Below are positions 54,507 through 64,000 of a stretch of 64,000 bases of DNA, one piece after another. Within the stretch, counting starts at the first letter, position 1. Each line of letters opens with the position of its first letter. A model generated the notes under the pieces. It saw nothing but the letters and a program-made list of their open reading frames with translations, was not told the origin of the DNA and made no database searches. This DNA comes from Pelagomonas calceolata (Eukaryota), in assembly GCA_918797485.1 (NCBI GenBank), contig CAKKNE010000006.1, positions 3,348,001 to 3,412,000 on the forward strand, written 5' to 3'. The translations under genes and the position numbers were made by a program.

Positions 54507-57500
54507 TCAGGCGACGCGCTGCGCCGACGGGTCCGGCACGTACTCCCGGCCGACGACCCCGTCCAAGCGCTTCTCGTCCATGCCGGCGTAGCCCGCGCCG
54601 GCGTGGTAGCCGTGGAAGACCTTCGCCGCGATCTCGACCTGGGCGTCCTTGGGCACCATCTCCGGCGGGATCTCGACGCGGTTCACTATTTTAATACCGG
54701 ACTCGACGATGGCGTTGTACTTCATGTCCGACATACTAATAAAGTTGTGGATCTTCGTGATGCCGAGCCAGTGCAGGACGTCCGGCATCAGAGCTTGAAA
54801 ACGCGTATCTTGAACACCGGCAACACTTTGAGTGCAGTTGAAGTACTCCTTGGCTTTATCCCCTCCTTCTTGACGCTTGCGCATGTTGTACACTAGGTAT
54901 TTGGTGACCTCGCCGAGGGCCCTACCTTCCTTGCGGAAATACACCACAACGCCCGTGCCGCCGCGCTGCGCCGTCTTGATGCACTCCTCGATGGCGTGCG
55001 TGAGGTACGGTCTACAGGTACAGATGTCGCTGCCAAACACATCACTCCCGTTGCACTCGTCGTGGACCCTCACTGTCAATTCGACGTCCTCGTCTTCTAT
55101 TTTGGACGCGTCGCCCCATATATAAGCCGTCATGCCGCCGATGGGCGGCAGGAAGATCTTCAAATCGTCCCTCGAGATTAACTCAGGATACATCGAGTTC
55201 GTCTCCGCGAACAGCGCATCGCGCAAAACCCTCTCAGAAACCCCAAACCGCTTCGCCACGCCCGGCAGGTACCAGACCGGCTCGATGGCTGCTTTGGTGA
55301 CGACTGAAGTACCGTCGTCCGTCAAAACGGTCCCATCGGGAGTCAGCCTTTGCATGCGCAGGGCCTCCAAGCACTCCGGGAGTTGGACGTGAGCTTTCGT
55401 GATGGCGATCGTCGGTCTCACGTCATAGCCCTTGTCGAGCCAAGCGCCGAAGCCCTCGGAGATGGCGTGGCCCCAGGGATCCATAGTAACAATAGCGTCG
55501 GAGTTGCGCCACGCTTCATGAGGACCGATCTTGGCGGCCGGCGTCGTCAAGCCCAACTGCGGTAAGGCATCTCTATCAATTTTCCCCGCGGCCACCGCTA
55601 ACGCGCGATACACGGAATAACCACCAGCATGCGCACCGATGGCGTTGCGTTGCGTCGTATGTCGCGTCGTCGCCAGGACCGGGCCTCGGTCCGACGGTGT
55701 CGTGGCGCCCCACCTCATTCTACAGGGATCGGGCCCGAAACTCCCATCGTGCGTCGTGAGCTGCGTGGCCGCCTCGTCCTCCGATTTTGGTAAGGGGATC
55801 TCTCCAGTATTACCGGAGACGTCTCCTAGTATGAGGGTGGAAGGCTCCGATCTAACACGTGTGAGACTTTCAGCCGAGTCGGCGCGCGGCCGTCTCGGTC
55901 TCGTAGGCCGCGCCCCGGCCTCCTCCCAGGCGTACGTCGCGCCCAACGCCAACTGCTTCTCGAGGGCCTCGTTGGCGACGATGTCTTTTGCAGATAACAC
56001 TCCAGTAGCTCCGAACAACCGATCCCCGGCATCCCCCAACCCAGGTAAGAGCCCACCATCTCGCGCCAATCGCCCGTCCACTTGTATGGCGTAGACCTCG
56101 ACGTCTGGATGCGCCTCGTGGAGCGCCCGCAGGCCTTCGGCCGACCTGTGTGGAAATCAAATTTTACGGCGCGACACCTGCTCGATGGCGTGGCGATGCC
56201 GGTTCCCCACCGCTCGACGGAGCCAGGACGCACTGGTTGATTTCCACACAGCGGCCGACGCGAGCACCGTGCACGCCACGATGCGGTGCGCGCCCCAGGC
56301 CTTGAGCTTGGCGATGACGGGAGTCATCGTTTTTGCAGTGGCCACCACAGGATCCAAGATGAAGGCGATATCACAACTATCGCCGCCGTGCTTCGGGAGT
56401 CGCGAGTAGTACTCGACGGGCCGATCACTCCCGCTCCGCTTGAACATGCCGATCTGGTGCACGGCCGCGTTCGGCAGCAAAGCTTGCATGCTCTCGACCA
56501 TGCCTAATCCTGCCCTCATTATAGGCACTAAGGCACACCTCGCGGCGAGCCGCGTCGCTCTACCATCAGCAGGAACGTGGACGCCGCGCGGCGTGACGCA
56601 GTCGTGGCGCGGCACCGTCGACAAGGATCGCGTCGCCTCGTAGCCCACGTAGCTCGCAAGCTCCCGCAGCAGCCCGCGGAAGTCGCGCGGCTTCGTCCTG
56701 CGGTCTCTTAGTAAAGTGACCTTGTGCGCCGCGAGGGCGTGCTTGATCAAAGTTGTTTGAGGCGGCAGGTCGTAGGTTACAGGTGAAGGACTTGGGGCGT
56801 CGGGGTCGTCCCAGCCAATCGCGTCCAATGCAGCGCAGACCGCCCAGGCCCGATTCACGTCGAAGCGCTCCGAGCCGTCTATATCACTCCTCAGACCGCT
56901 CTCCATGTCGATCCAGATTGATCTACCTCTAGCGGCGCCCTTCCGTAATTGATCTAAGACGGTAGCGACGTTGTCCCTGTTTAAGCCTCCCGCAAAACCC
57001 TGCGGGATTGACGTTTCTACTGTTGTAAGAGACGCATCTAACGTATGACCACGGCCGCAGGACGCGTCCCACAGCAGCGACAGGTTGGCCGGCGGCTCGT
57101 CCAGCAACGCGCGCCAGAGCGGCGCCGTCTCGTCGTTGGCCTGGACGATGAACTCGACTTCGGGAACGAGTGAGCAGGCCTTTCGGACTTGTTGAGCTGC
57201 TTTTGCAAGTAGTGAGGGGTCCTCGGCGGTCTTGCAGCCGTTCGGCGCCGTCGCGTTGAGCTGCACGCGCCGGAAGCCCAGCCCGACGAGCGTCTGCACG
57301 AAGGCGACGTCGCCCCGTTGCAGGACGTCGTCGACGGCGGAGCCGCACAAATGGCCGGCGAGCTGCGCCGGCGGGCTCGTGTTCCGTGCGGTTTTCGCGA
57401 GCTGCTCGAGCCACCTTCTCGTGGGGAATCTAGGTTGGCCTTCTTTGCCCGGCCGGAAGAGCACGCCGAGTTCCACACGCGGCCAGCGGCTCACGATGGC

Positions 57501-57563
57501 ACTCAATAAGCTCGGGTCGACGCTGTCGTCGACGCCGCAGAGGCCTACTCGGTGTAGGGACAT
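54507..57563 (-). CDS. TrpF-like TIM barrel + uracil phosphoribosyltransferase + Urc1/Urg1-type GTP cyclohydrolase II fusion (~980 aa)
   Basis: Exons 57563-56260 and 56145-54507 total 2943 nt in frame. [28 protein letters not shown]. Urc1: [57 protein letters not shown]. Confidence 0.88.
56146..56251. mobile_element. Introner/MITE copy 10
   Basis: TIRs intact; TSD cggccgac at 56138-56145 and 56252-56259; intron 56259-56146 (-) restores [11 protein letters not shown]. Confidence 0.95.
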
Positions 57564-58167
57564 GCTTTCAGACGTTCTTCTGGCGGTTTCACTTGGTGAG
57601 CGGCTGCGTAGTAGGTGTGCTTTGGCACGGCGACCGCGTGCGCTGGGGAGGTGCTTCAAATAACGCGTTTGCGCCTCGAAGAACACCTTTTTTTGATATG
57701 ATGTCACACGCGCAGAACTCTTGCAGCGCGATGCCGTGGGCGCTGCAGGCTCTCGTGCAGCTAGAACTGTTTGTTGCTGAGCCTCAACCGCTGTTGCACA
57801 GCTGAAAGGGCCTCTATGTGCGTCGTAAATGCGGATTCAGAGCTGGGCAAAAATCTCTGTATACCCGTTATATTCGAATTAAATTTCAAACGCAAACCAG
57901 TTTTAAAGCTCCACAGGAGTCGCGCGCGAAAGGTTGATGCACGACTCGTCGCTGTGGACCGCGGCAGCGGCGCCGTATTTTCATCTTTTTGCCAGCCTCT
58001 CCCACTCAAAACCGCGTCGCCTTTGCGCACATTTGCAGCCAGGGCTTACGCGTGGGAGTACTCCGAGCCGTTCGCAGCGCTGCGAGGATTTTGCGCCGCG
58101 CGAGCCGCTTGTAAAGCGAGGAGAGACTTGCAGCAATCAGCAGCACAGCTAAAAAGCCGCCGCAGCG

Positions 58168-60834
58168 ATGGGCTTCGGCGCAGCGAGCCCGGCGGAAGCA
58201 CGCGCAAAGCTCGAAAAGCTCAAGCTCGAGGCGACCGCCGCCGCGGCGGCACCGCCAACACCAAGCAAACCGGAGGACGAGGACGCCGTCGCCCGGCTCG
58301 CCCAGAAGATCCTGCGATCGTCATCAATAGAAGAAGCGCGGCAGCACGCGCGCGAGGCGACGAACACGACGAACGACCCGCGGCTAGCGCCGCTCTTCCA
58401 GTCGCCGAGCAAGGGCCGGGACAAGGCGACGCCCGGGTGGCCGGAGAGCGTCGAAATGTACCTGGGCCCGACTAATTCCGGAAAGACGCATCGCTCGCTA
58501 GATTTCCTCGCGAAGATTGGTTCGGGTTGTTATGCGGGGCCGTTACGCGCATTAGCTTGGGAGGTCCGCCATAGCGTCGAAGCGCGCGCCAAGAAGGTCT
58601 GGGGCGAACATCCACCTACGGTCGGATTGTGGACCGGTGAAGAATCAAGAGATCCGGACGCTCCGGTACTATGCTGCACCGCGGAGGTCGCCCCGTCGCA
58701 CGGCAACGTTTTGGTATTGGACGAAGCGCACTGGTGCGCGGACCCGCAGCGGGGCCACGCCTGGACTCGTCTATTATTAGCGGCTAGATCTGGTAGATAT
58801 AGGCACGTTCGCATCTGCGGCCCGGTCCAGTCCGAGCCGTTACTACGGCGAGTCTTCGAGAAGCATGAACACGCGGTGACGGTCCATCGCACGCAACGGC
58901 GCAGTCGATTGCATTTTGAAAGGGACCCCATCGCGGACTTTCCGGCCTTCCTACAGCAAGCGAAGTCCGAAAGGCGCTTCGTTGCAGTAGTCGCGTTTTC
59001 TCGAGCCGCCGTGTTATCATTAGCGGGCATTGCTCGCAAGGCCGGGGCAAGGGCGTCGGTGATCTTTGGCAAATTACCCCCCGAGGCGAGACGGAAGCAG
59101 CTAGATGATGCTCTGGCGGGCAGGTTAGATGTCCTCGTTTGTACCGATGTGATAGGGCACGGTATTAATCTCCCGCTCGACGACGTCGTTTTCGCCGAAA
59201 CTAAAAAATTTGATGGAACACAAAGACGAGATTTGTATGTGTGGGAGGCGGCGCAGGTGGCTGGTAGGGCGGGGCGCGACGAATTGCCGGGGAGGTGCTG
59301 GTACTTACCGAGATATGGTGCTAATGTGAAGCTGCTGACCAAAGCCGTCAAGGCAGCAAACGGTGATCCCGGTGATGGGTTTGATTTAGATTTGTCCAAA
59401 GCGGTCTTAGCGCCGGATCTCTCTGCTTTGACGCAGTTGACCGGGAGCGTGCCATCTATACTCTTACTACCGAAGTGCGTAACGCAGTGGCGGGACGAAT
59501 TGCAACGGTCGCTGAATGATTCAGATGATCCCTTGGACTGGGTGAAATCGGGAGACATCGATGAGCTTCAGCGACGCCTGGACATCCTCAGGAACAGTAG
59601 TTTGGTGCCGGACGACGTGCGCAAAGCTTTGTCGGCGTCCGATCTGTGGCATCTCGCGCGGTTGCCCGTGCGGGAGCAGCATTTCGAAGCTGTCGCTAGA
59701 GCAGCTTGTCTGGGGGAACAGGTCGTGTTCGGTTCGTTAGATTCGTTAGTCGATGAACAATTGGAGGATGAGGTGCAAAGATTAGGAGACGTCCTGATGG
59801 CGTCGCGACGATTTCCAGCCATCCTAGTCGGGGACGACGCTGTGGATGAAGATGACGCGTGTCTGGCGGCGGTCGCGTGCCACGAGGCCTTGTATTTGTA
59901 TGGAAGCAGATTGATCGGCCACGGGGTTGGAAGACAAATAGACGACGCCCACCTGTGCAAAGTCTGCGGCCAGCCCAAGGGTCCCAATTCAAAGATAAAG
60001 GACCGGCAATGTAGGAGATGCTTCGCCATTCAAGATCGGGAAGCGGCCCAGGCCGCGCGCCAGCTCGCGCGCCAGTACGCGCGCGTCCAAGCCCGGTCGC
60101 AACCGCCGCAATTGGGTTACGCGCTCAGCGGCGGGCAGCCGCCGCCGCAGCCGTACGCAGCCGGCGCCTTCGCTTCGCCGCCAGCGCCGCCGGCCATGAG
60201 CGTCGGCGACCGCGCTCGTTTAAGAGCGCAACAGGAGGCCGCGGCGCGCGTGCGGGGCCTGCCGCCCGAGCTCCTGCGCGACGCGGAGTCGGCGCGGGCG
60301 TCGCGTGAGGCGTCGGCGGCGTCGCGCGAGGCGCGCATGGGGCAGCTCGCGGCGGCATCGGCGGCCGCGCGCCGCGTCGACACCGAAGCCGAGATCATCC
60401 GGAACCAGGCCGCGCGCGGCCGGCCCCTGAACGCCGCGGAGGCCGAGGCCATCGCGGCCCAGGTCGTCGCGGCGCGAGGCCAGCACCGGCCGCCCGGGAA
60501 GCCGGCTCGGGAGCCCGGGAAGCGTATCCGGGGCGGCAAGAAGCACGCGGGTGCCCGGGAGGCGGCGCGGGCGCGCGAGCGCGCGCAGGAAAGCGGCGCC
60601 ATCAATCGAGGTAAACCGGTCATCCGGCCGCCGGGTCAGCAGAAGCCGGGGCCCCTCGAGATCGCGCGCGCGGCGAATCGGGCGCCCCGGGCGCCGCGGC
60701 CCGTGCCCCCGACGCCGGCATACTTACCAGCCGGCGAAGTTTACTTCCACCCGCCTCGGAACGGGCTCGGGCGCGGGCGCGGCGGGCGCGGCGGACGCGG
60801 CGGACGCGGCTCGGGCCCGCCGGGGTTCATCTAG
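58168..60834 (+). CDS. Suv3-like SF2 helicase with low-complexity C-terminus
   Basis: GPTNSGKT, YAGPLRALA, DEAH, RGHAWTR, VAFSR, TDVIGHGINL and QVAGRAGR motifs. Confidence 0.85.
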   Translation: MGFGAASPAEARAKLEKLKLEATAAAAAPPTPSKPEDEDAVARLAQKILRSSSIEEARQHAREATNTTNDPRLAPLFQSPSKGRDKATPGWPESVEMYLGPTNSGKTHRSLDFLAKIGSGCYAGPLRALAWEVRHSVEARAKKVWGEHPPTVGLWTGEESRDPDAPVLCCTAEVAPSHGNVLVLDEAHWCADPQRGHAWTRLLLAARSGRYRHVRICGPVQSEPLLRRVFEKHEHAVTVHRTQRRSRLHFERDPIADFPAFLQQAKSERRFVAVVAFSRAAVLSLAGIARKAGARASVIFGKLPPEARRKQLDDALAGRLDVLVCTDVIGHGINLPLDDVVFAETKKFDGTQRRDLYVWEAAQVAGRAGRDELPGRCWYLPRYGANVKLLTKAVKAANGDPGDGFDLDLSKAVLAPDLSALTQLTGSVPSILLLPKCVTQWRDELQRSLNDSDDPLDWVKSGDIDELQRRLDILRNSSLVPDDVRKALSASDLWHLARLPVREQHFEAVARAACLGEQVVFGSLDSLVDEQLEDEVQRLGDVLMASRRFPAILVGDDAVDEDDACLAAVACHEALYLYGSRLIGHGVGRQIDDAHLCKVCGQPKGPNSKIKDRQCRRCFAIQDREAAQAARQLARQYARVQARSQPPQLGYALSGGQPPPQPYAAGAFASPPAPPAMSVGDRARLRAQQEAAARVRGLPPELLRDAESARASREASAASREARMGQLAAASAAARRVDTEAEIIRNQAARGRPLNAAEAEAIAAQVVAARGQHRPPGKPAREPGKRIRGGKKHAGAREAARARERAQESGAINRGKPVIRPPGQQKPGPLEIARAANRAPRAPRPVPPTPAYLPAGEVYFHPPRNGLGRGRGGRGGRGGRGSGPPGFI

Positions 60835-61011
60835 TAGGCTCTGTTCTAACTTATACGTTGTGTAGAAATCACATCACCCGTTTTTCCCTAAAGGAGGGCG
60901 TCTGTAGAGCGTTCGCGATGCGCGGCGGCGTTTTTGCGAGGCGAAAAATCGGGTTTTTCAAGCCGAGTCAAGCCGCCGCGCAAACCCAATAACTCGCCGC
61001 AAAAACGCAAG

Positions 61012-62226
61012 ATGATCCTCACAAACTGCGCCGCCTGCGCCGCCCCACTGGCCCACACCGCGCCGCGATGCGTGCGGTGTCATACAAGATATTGTGATTC
61101 AAAATGTCAGCATGACCACTGGCGCCGCGGCCACAAGCAAATGTGTAAGAAAATACACCGCGGCGGCAACGCGGAACAATACTACGCCGACAAAAAATAC
61201 AAGGAGGCCGTCGCGGAGGCCGTCGAGGCGTGCGCGGACGACACGAAGGGCCAGAAATGCTACATCTGCCTCGAGGCCGTCCATCCGCGCACGGGAGAAG
61301 GTCTCGTAAGCGGTTTTTGCGCGTGCCGCGGAGGATCGAGCTTTGCGCACATTTCGTGTTTGAAACGCAAGGCTCAACTCGCTATGGATGAGGCCCTGGA
61401 GAACAATTTGGACGGTGACCGGATGGAATCGAGGTGGAGAAAGTGGTATTCTTGTGAGCTATGCGGGCAGGAATATCACGGCGTCGTATATAGTGCAATG
61501 GGCTGGGCGTGCTGGGGAAGCTATCTTAGCCTACCAGAAACGAAGAGACTCGGCAAGCTCTCTCCTCGGCAAGACGCGATGAAGGAGCTCGCTAACAGTC
61601 TACTGAGCGCCAACCGCGTCGAAGAAGCGCTCGCTATCTTCCGGACGCTGGTGGGTATCTGTACTCGCCTTGGACACGAGCGCGATGATGTACCTGGATT
61701 ATTATACAGCATCGCCAGTTGCCTCATGAGGCTAGGACGCAGAGAAGAGGCACTGCAACTAGACCGCGATGTCTACAATTTGAGGGTAAAGTGGCGGGTA
61801 GGGCCCGCCAAGATACTCCAGTCGGCTACGTCGCTCACGATGTCGCTCGTTCAAAATGAAAAGTTCTCGGAGGCGAGGGACTTCGCGCGCGAACAGATCC
61901 CAGTCGCGACGCGTTCGCTCGGACCTCACGCGGAATTGACGCGCAACCTTCGCACTTATTACGCAAAAGCCATACTCTGTGACACGGCGCTCCCTCTCGA
62001 CGACGTGGCCGAGTCCGTAGCTATTTTTGAGGATATTGAGATTATTACCCGGCGAATCTTCGGCAACGTTCATCCAGACACGCTGCAGGCGCAGAAGGAC
62101 ATGGACTCTGCGCGAATGGTTTGGCGCGCGAGATTCAGCAAACCTTTCCCGTCGAAGCTCCCCCGTCTCAAGACTGACGACGCCAAACACGAGGAGCTCA
62201 TGCGCAAATTTGAGTTAGCTAAGTAA
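61012..62226 (+). CDS. MYND-type zinc finger + RINGv + TPR-like repeat protein
   Basis: CAAC...CVRC...YC...CQ..HW...H...C; CYIC...CACRG...AHISCL...CELC; helical repeats ending FGNVHPDT. Confidence 0.82.
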   Translation: MILTNCAACAAPLAHTAPRCVRCHTRYCDSKCQHDHWRRGHKQMCKKIHRGGNAEQYYADKKYKEAVAEAVEACADDTKGQKCYICLEAVHPRTGEGLVSGFCACRGGSSFAHISCLKRKAQLAMDEALENNLDGDRMESRWRKWYSCELCGQEYHGVVYSAMGWACWGSYLSLPETKRLGKLSPRQDAMKELANSLLSANRVEEALAIFRTLVGICTRLGHERDDVPGLLYSIASCLMRLGRREEALQLDRDVYNLRVKWRVGPAKILQSATSLTMSLVQNEKFSEARDFAREQIPVATRSLGPHAELTRNLRTYYAKAILCDTALPLDDVAESVAIFEDIEIITRRIFGNVHPDTLQAQKDMDSARMVWRARFSKPFPSKLPRLKTDDAKHEELMRKFELAK

Positions 62227-62253
62227 GTAAGAGTCAAATACTAGCAAGTCATA

Positions 62254-63225
62254 TTAACTGGCGCGCTTTCGCGCGCTCGGTGGAGGCTTCGGCGGCGTCC
62301 GCGGCGCCTCCGACGCCGCCGCGACGACCGCGCGGTCCACAGAAGCGTCGCGCGCGTGCCGCTCAAGGACGTCGTACAAGGATCGGGGCACGCGCGGCGC
62401 GATAGCACAAGCGCGCGCCACGATGCGCCGCGCATCTAAAGGCGCCAAGCGCCGCGGCTGGAGCCGCGCAACAGTTTGATCGCCAGATTCAAACCGCTCA
62501 AGGATCAAGGCAACCACGCACAGGACCGGAAAGTGCCCGCCGAGCGCGAACGTGGCATCCCACAGCACCGCGACCTCGTCTAGTGGAGGCACGACCGTAA
62601 ACAGCGACGCGAGCAGGGGATACGCTACCAAATCTTCCACGGGGGTCCGCGCGTCGTCGTCCAGTAGTAAACTGTCTCCTAGTAATGTCCCATGTATTTC
62701 CGGAGAGATGCACCGCAAGATATGATCAACCAGCGCCGCGCCGACGACGCAGCCGTCCAGCGTCGGCGTGAAGTAGCGCGGGCACAGCTCCGCCAGCTTC
62801 TCGAAGCACGCGAAGGCTTCCAGTTCGGACGGTAGCGCGTACAAGAAACAGGCCGCCACTGCTGAACGGTTCGCGCCGTTCGAGACCTCGTTGTTGCGAC
62901 TGCGCGCTAAAGCTGTCACGCAGCGCACGATCTGGGCGTCTCTGACCTTCTGCCGTACGCTATCGTCGGCCCGGAACGTCCTCCTCGCATCATCTCGGAT
63001 CTTTTGGGCGTCGTCGCTGAGGCCGTCGCAGAGATTCGAGTAGCGCCGCGCTTCTATTCGGCCGCAGCCGAGCAAGAGCGTCCAGGCCAAGGGCCGCGTA
63101 TTGGCGTCGAGTCCTTCGGTGACGGCAACTCGGCGGAGGCGTGCGACGCGCTCCGATGGTGGTAGGGTGCTCTCATACAAGAGGTGATGTGCCGTGACCT
63201 CCGCGTCTGGCGTGCACTCGGTCAT
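62254..63225 (-). CDS. TBC-domain Rab-GAP-like protein (Bub2/Cdc16-like)
   Basis: RPLAWTLLLG, IRDDARRT, ELEAFACF and PPLDEVAVLWD motifs; the YxQ finger appears degenerate. Confidence 0.72.
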   Translation of the reverse strand: MTECTPDAEVTAHHLLYESTLPPSERVARLRRVAVTEGLDANTRPLAWTLLLGCGRIEARRYSNLCDGLSDDAQKIRDDARRTFRADDSVRQKVRDAQIVRCVTALARSRNNEVSNGANRSAVAACFLYALPSELEAFACFEKLAELCPRYFTPTLDGCVVGAALVDHILRCISPEIHGTLLGDSLLLDDDARTPVEDLVAYPLLASLFTVVPPLDEVAVLWDATFALGGHFPVLCVVALILERFESGDQTVARLQPRRLAPLDARRIVARACAIAPRVPRSLYDVLERHARDASVDRAVVAAASEAPRTPPKPPPSARKRAS

Positions 63226-63634
63226 CTCAGCTCATGCGTATCACTGCCGCGCAGCAATGCATCGAACCCGACCAGTTTTAACGACCGATTCGTGCAGCAC
63301 GACGGCCGTGAGCCAGCGAGATTGCTGCTCGATGACAAGGCTAGTGCGGCATACGCTAGGTCTAATTGCACCGCACACGCGACACCGACGCCTCGTAACA
63401 CGATCGCGACGGCTGGAAGTCGAGAAACTGGGCCTGGCCGATTAGGAGAGCATGAATGATGCATGCTGAGCATCGAGCTGGCTCTGGCGTCTCAGGCCAT
63501 TCAGACAGCAATTCGACGCGTGCAGTAGCCGCACGGCTCTGGTTTTAAGGTGTCGTCTTAATTTCAGATCGATACGTGCGCTAGATCACACAACACATTT
63601 GCCCACACCAGCTCATTTGCAACAAACAAAAGCC

Positions 63635-64000
63635 ATGCGACGACACGCCGCACTGCTGTGCGCCGCCGTCGCGACGCACGCCTTCGCGCCGCCGACGCAC
63701 AACCACTTCCTACAAAAACAACAGCAACCAACGCGCGTCGCGCCGCTCGCGCTCGGGGGCAAGGAAGGCGAGGGCCTCGGCGACGTTTTGAGGAAGTACG
63801 GCGTCGTTGCTTTAGTGTTCCACTTTAGCGTCTGGCTGACGACGCTGAGCGCGAGCGTCGCGGCGCTGAGTGTCTACGACACAAGTACGCTCCTCGAAGC
63901 GCTGCCGGAGCCGCTGAGGGGCCAGATCCCAATATCGAGCGGCGCGGCGACGCTGCCCGTCGCCTTGGCGCTGTGCGAGGTCGTCGGGCCGGCACGGTTG
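63635..64000 (+). CDS. Plastid-targeted FAM210/DUF1279-like protein (3' truncated by window)
   Basis: MRRHAALLCAAVATHA-FAP presequence; LRKYGVVALVFHFSVW...ALCEVVGPARL. Confidence 0.65.
   Translation, partial: MRRHAALLCAAVATHAFAPPTHNHFLQKQQQPTRVAPLALGGKEGEGLGDVLRKYGVVALVFHFSVWLTTLSASVAALSVYDTSTLLEALPEPLRGQIPISSGAATLPVALALCEVVGPARL

Noticed and set aside
54507..55700. Canonical riboflavin ribA
   Set aside because: The N-terminal extension and motifs match the Urc1/Urg1 subgroup and it is fused to UPRT.
1..64000. Autonomous transposase, reverse transcriptase or viral genes
   Set aside because: No DDE, RT, integrase or capsid motifs recognised in the ORF track.

Overview
GC-rich, gene-dense eukaryotic DNA with spliceosomal introns and bipartite plastid-targeting presequences. 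It is most consistent with a pelagophyte alga (Pelagomonas/Aureococcus-like); this is inference, not a database result. I can support about 30 protein-coding genes or gene fragments. Four things stand out. (1) Ten copies of an introner-type non-autonomous DNA transposon (TIR CTGTGTGGAAATCAA...TTGATTTCCACACAG, mostly with 8-bp TSDs); every copy lies in coding sequence and splices out in frame. (2) Removing these introns reveals genes the ORF track splits: a ~3099-aa ABCA transporter with a large Cys-rich ectodomain, a C-type-lectin/TM/EF-hand protein, and a ~980-aa fusion of a TrpF-like TIM barrel, uracil phosphoribosyltransferase and Urc1/Urg1-type GTP cyclohydrolase II, a candidate uracil-catabolism (URC) enzyme. 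(3) A signal-peptide thioredoxin/thioredoxin-reductase fusion ending in RAEL, and an MDC1-like FHA-TQ-AT-hook-BRCT protein. (4) A 23-bp CTAG-bounded motif that recurs upstream of genes, mostly between divergent gene pairs. All splice models and domain calls were made by eye.
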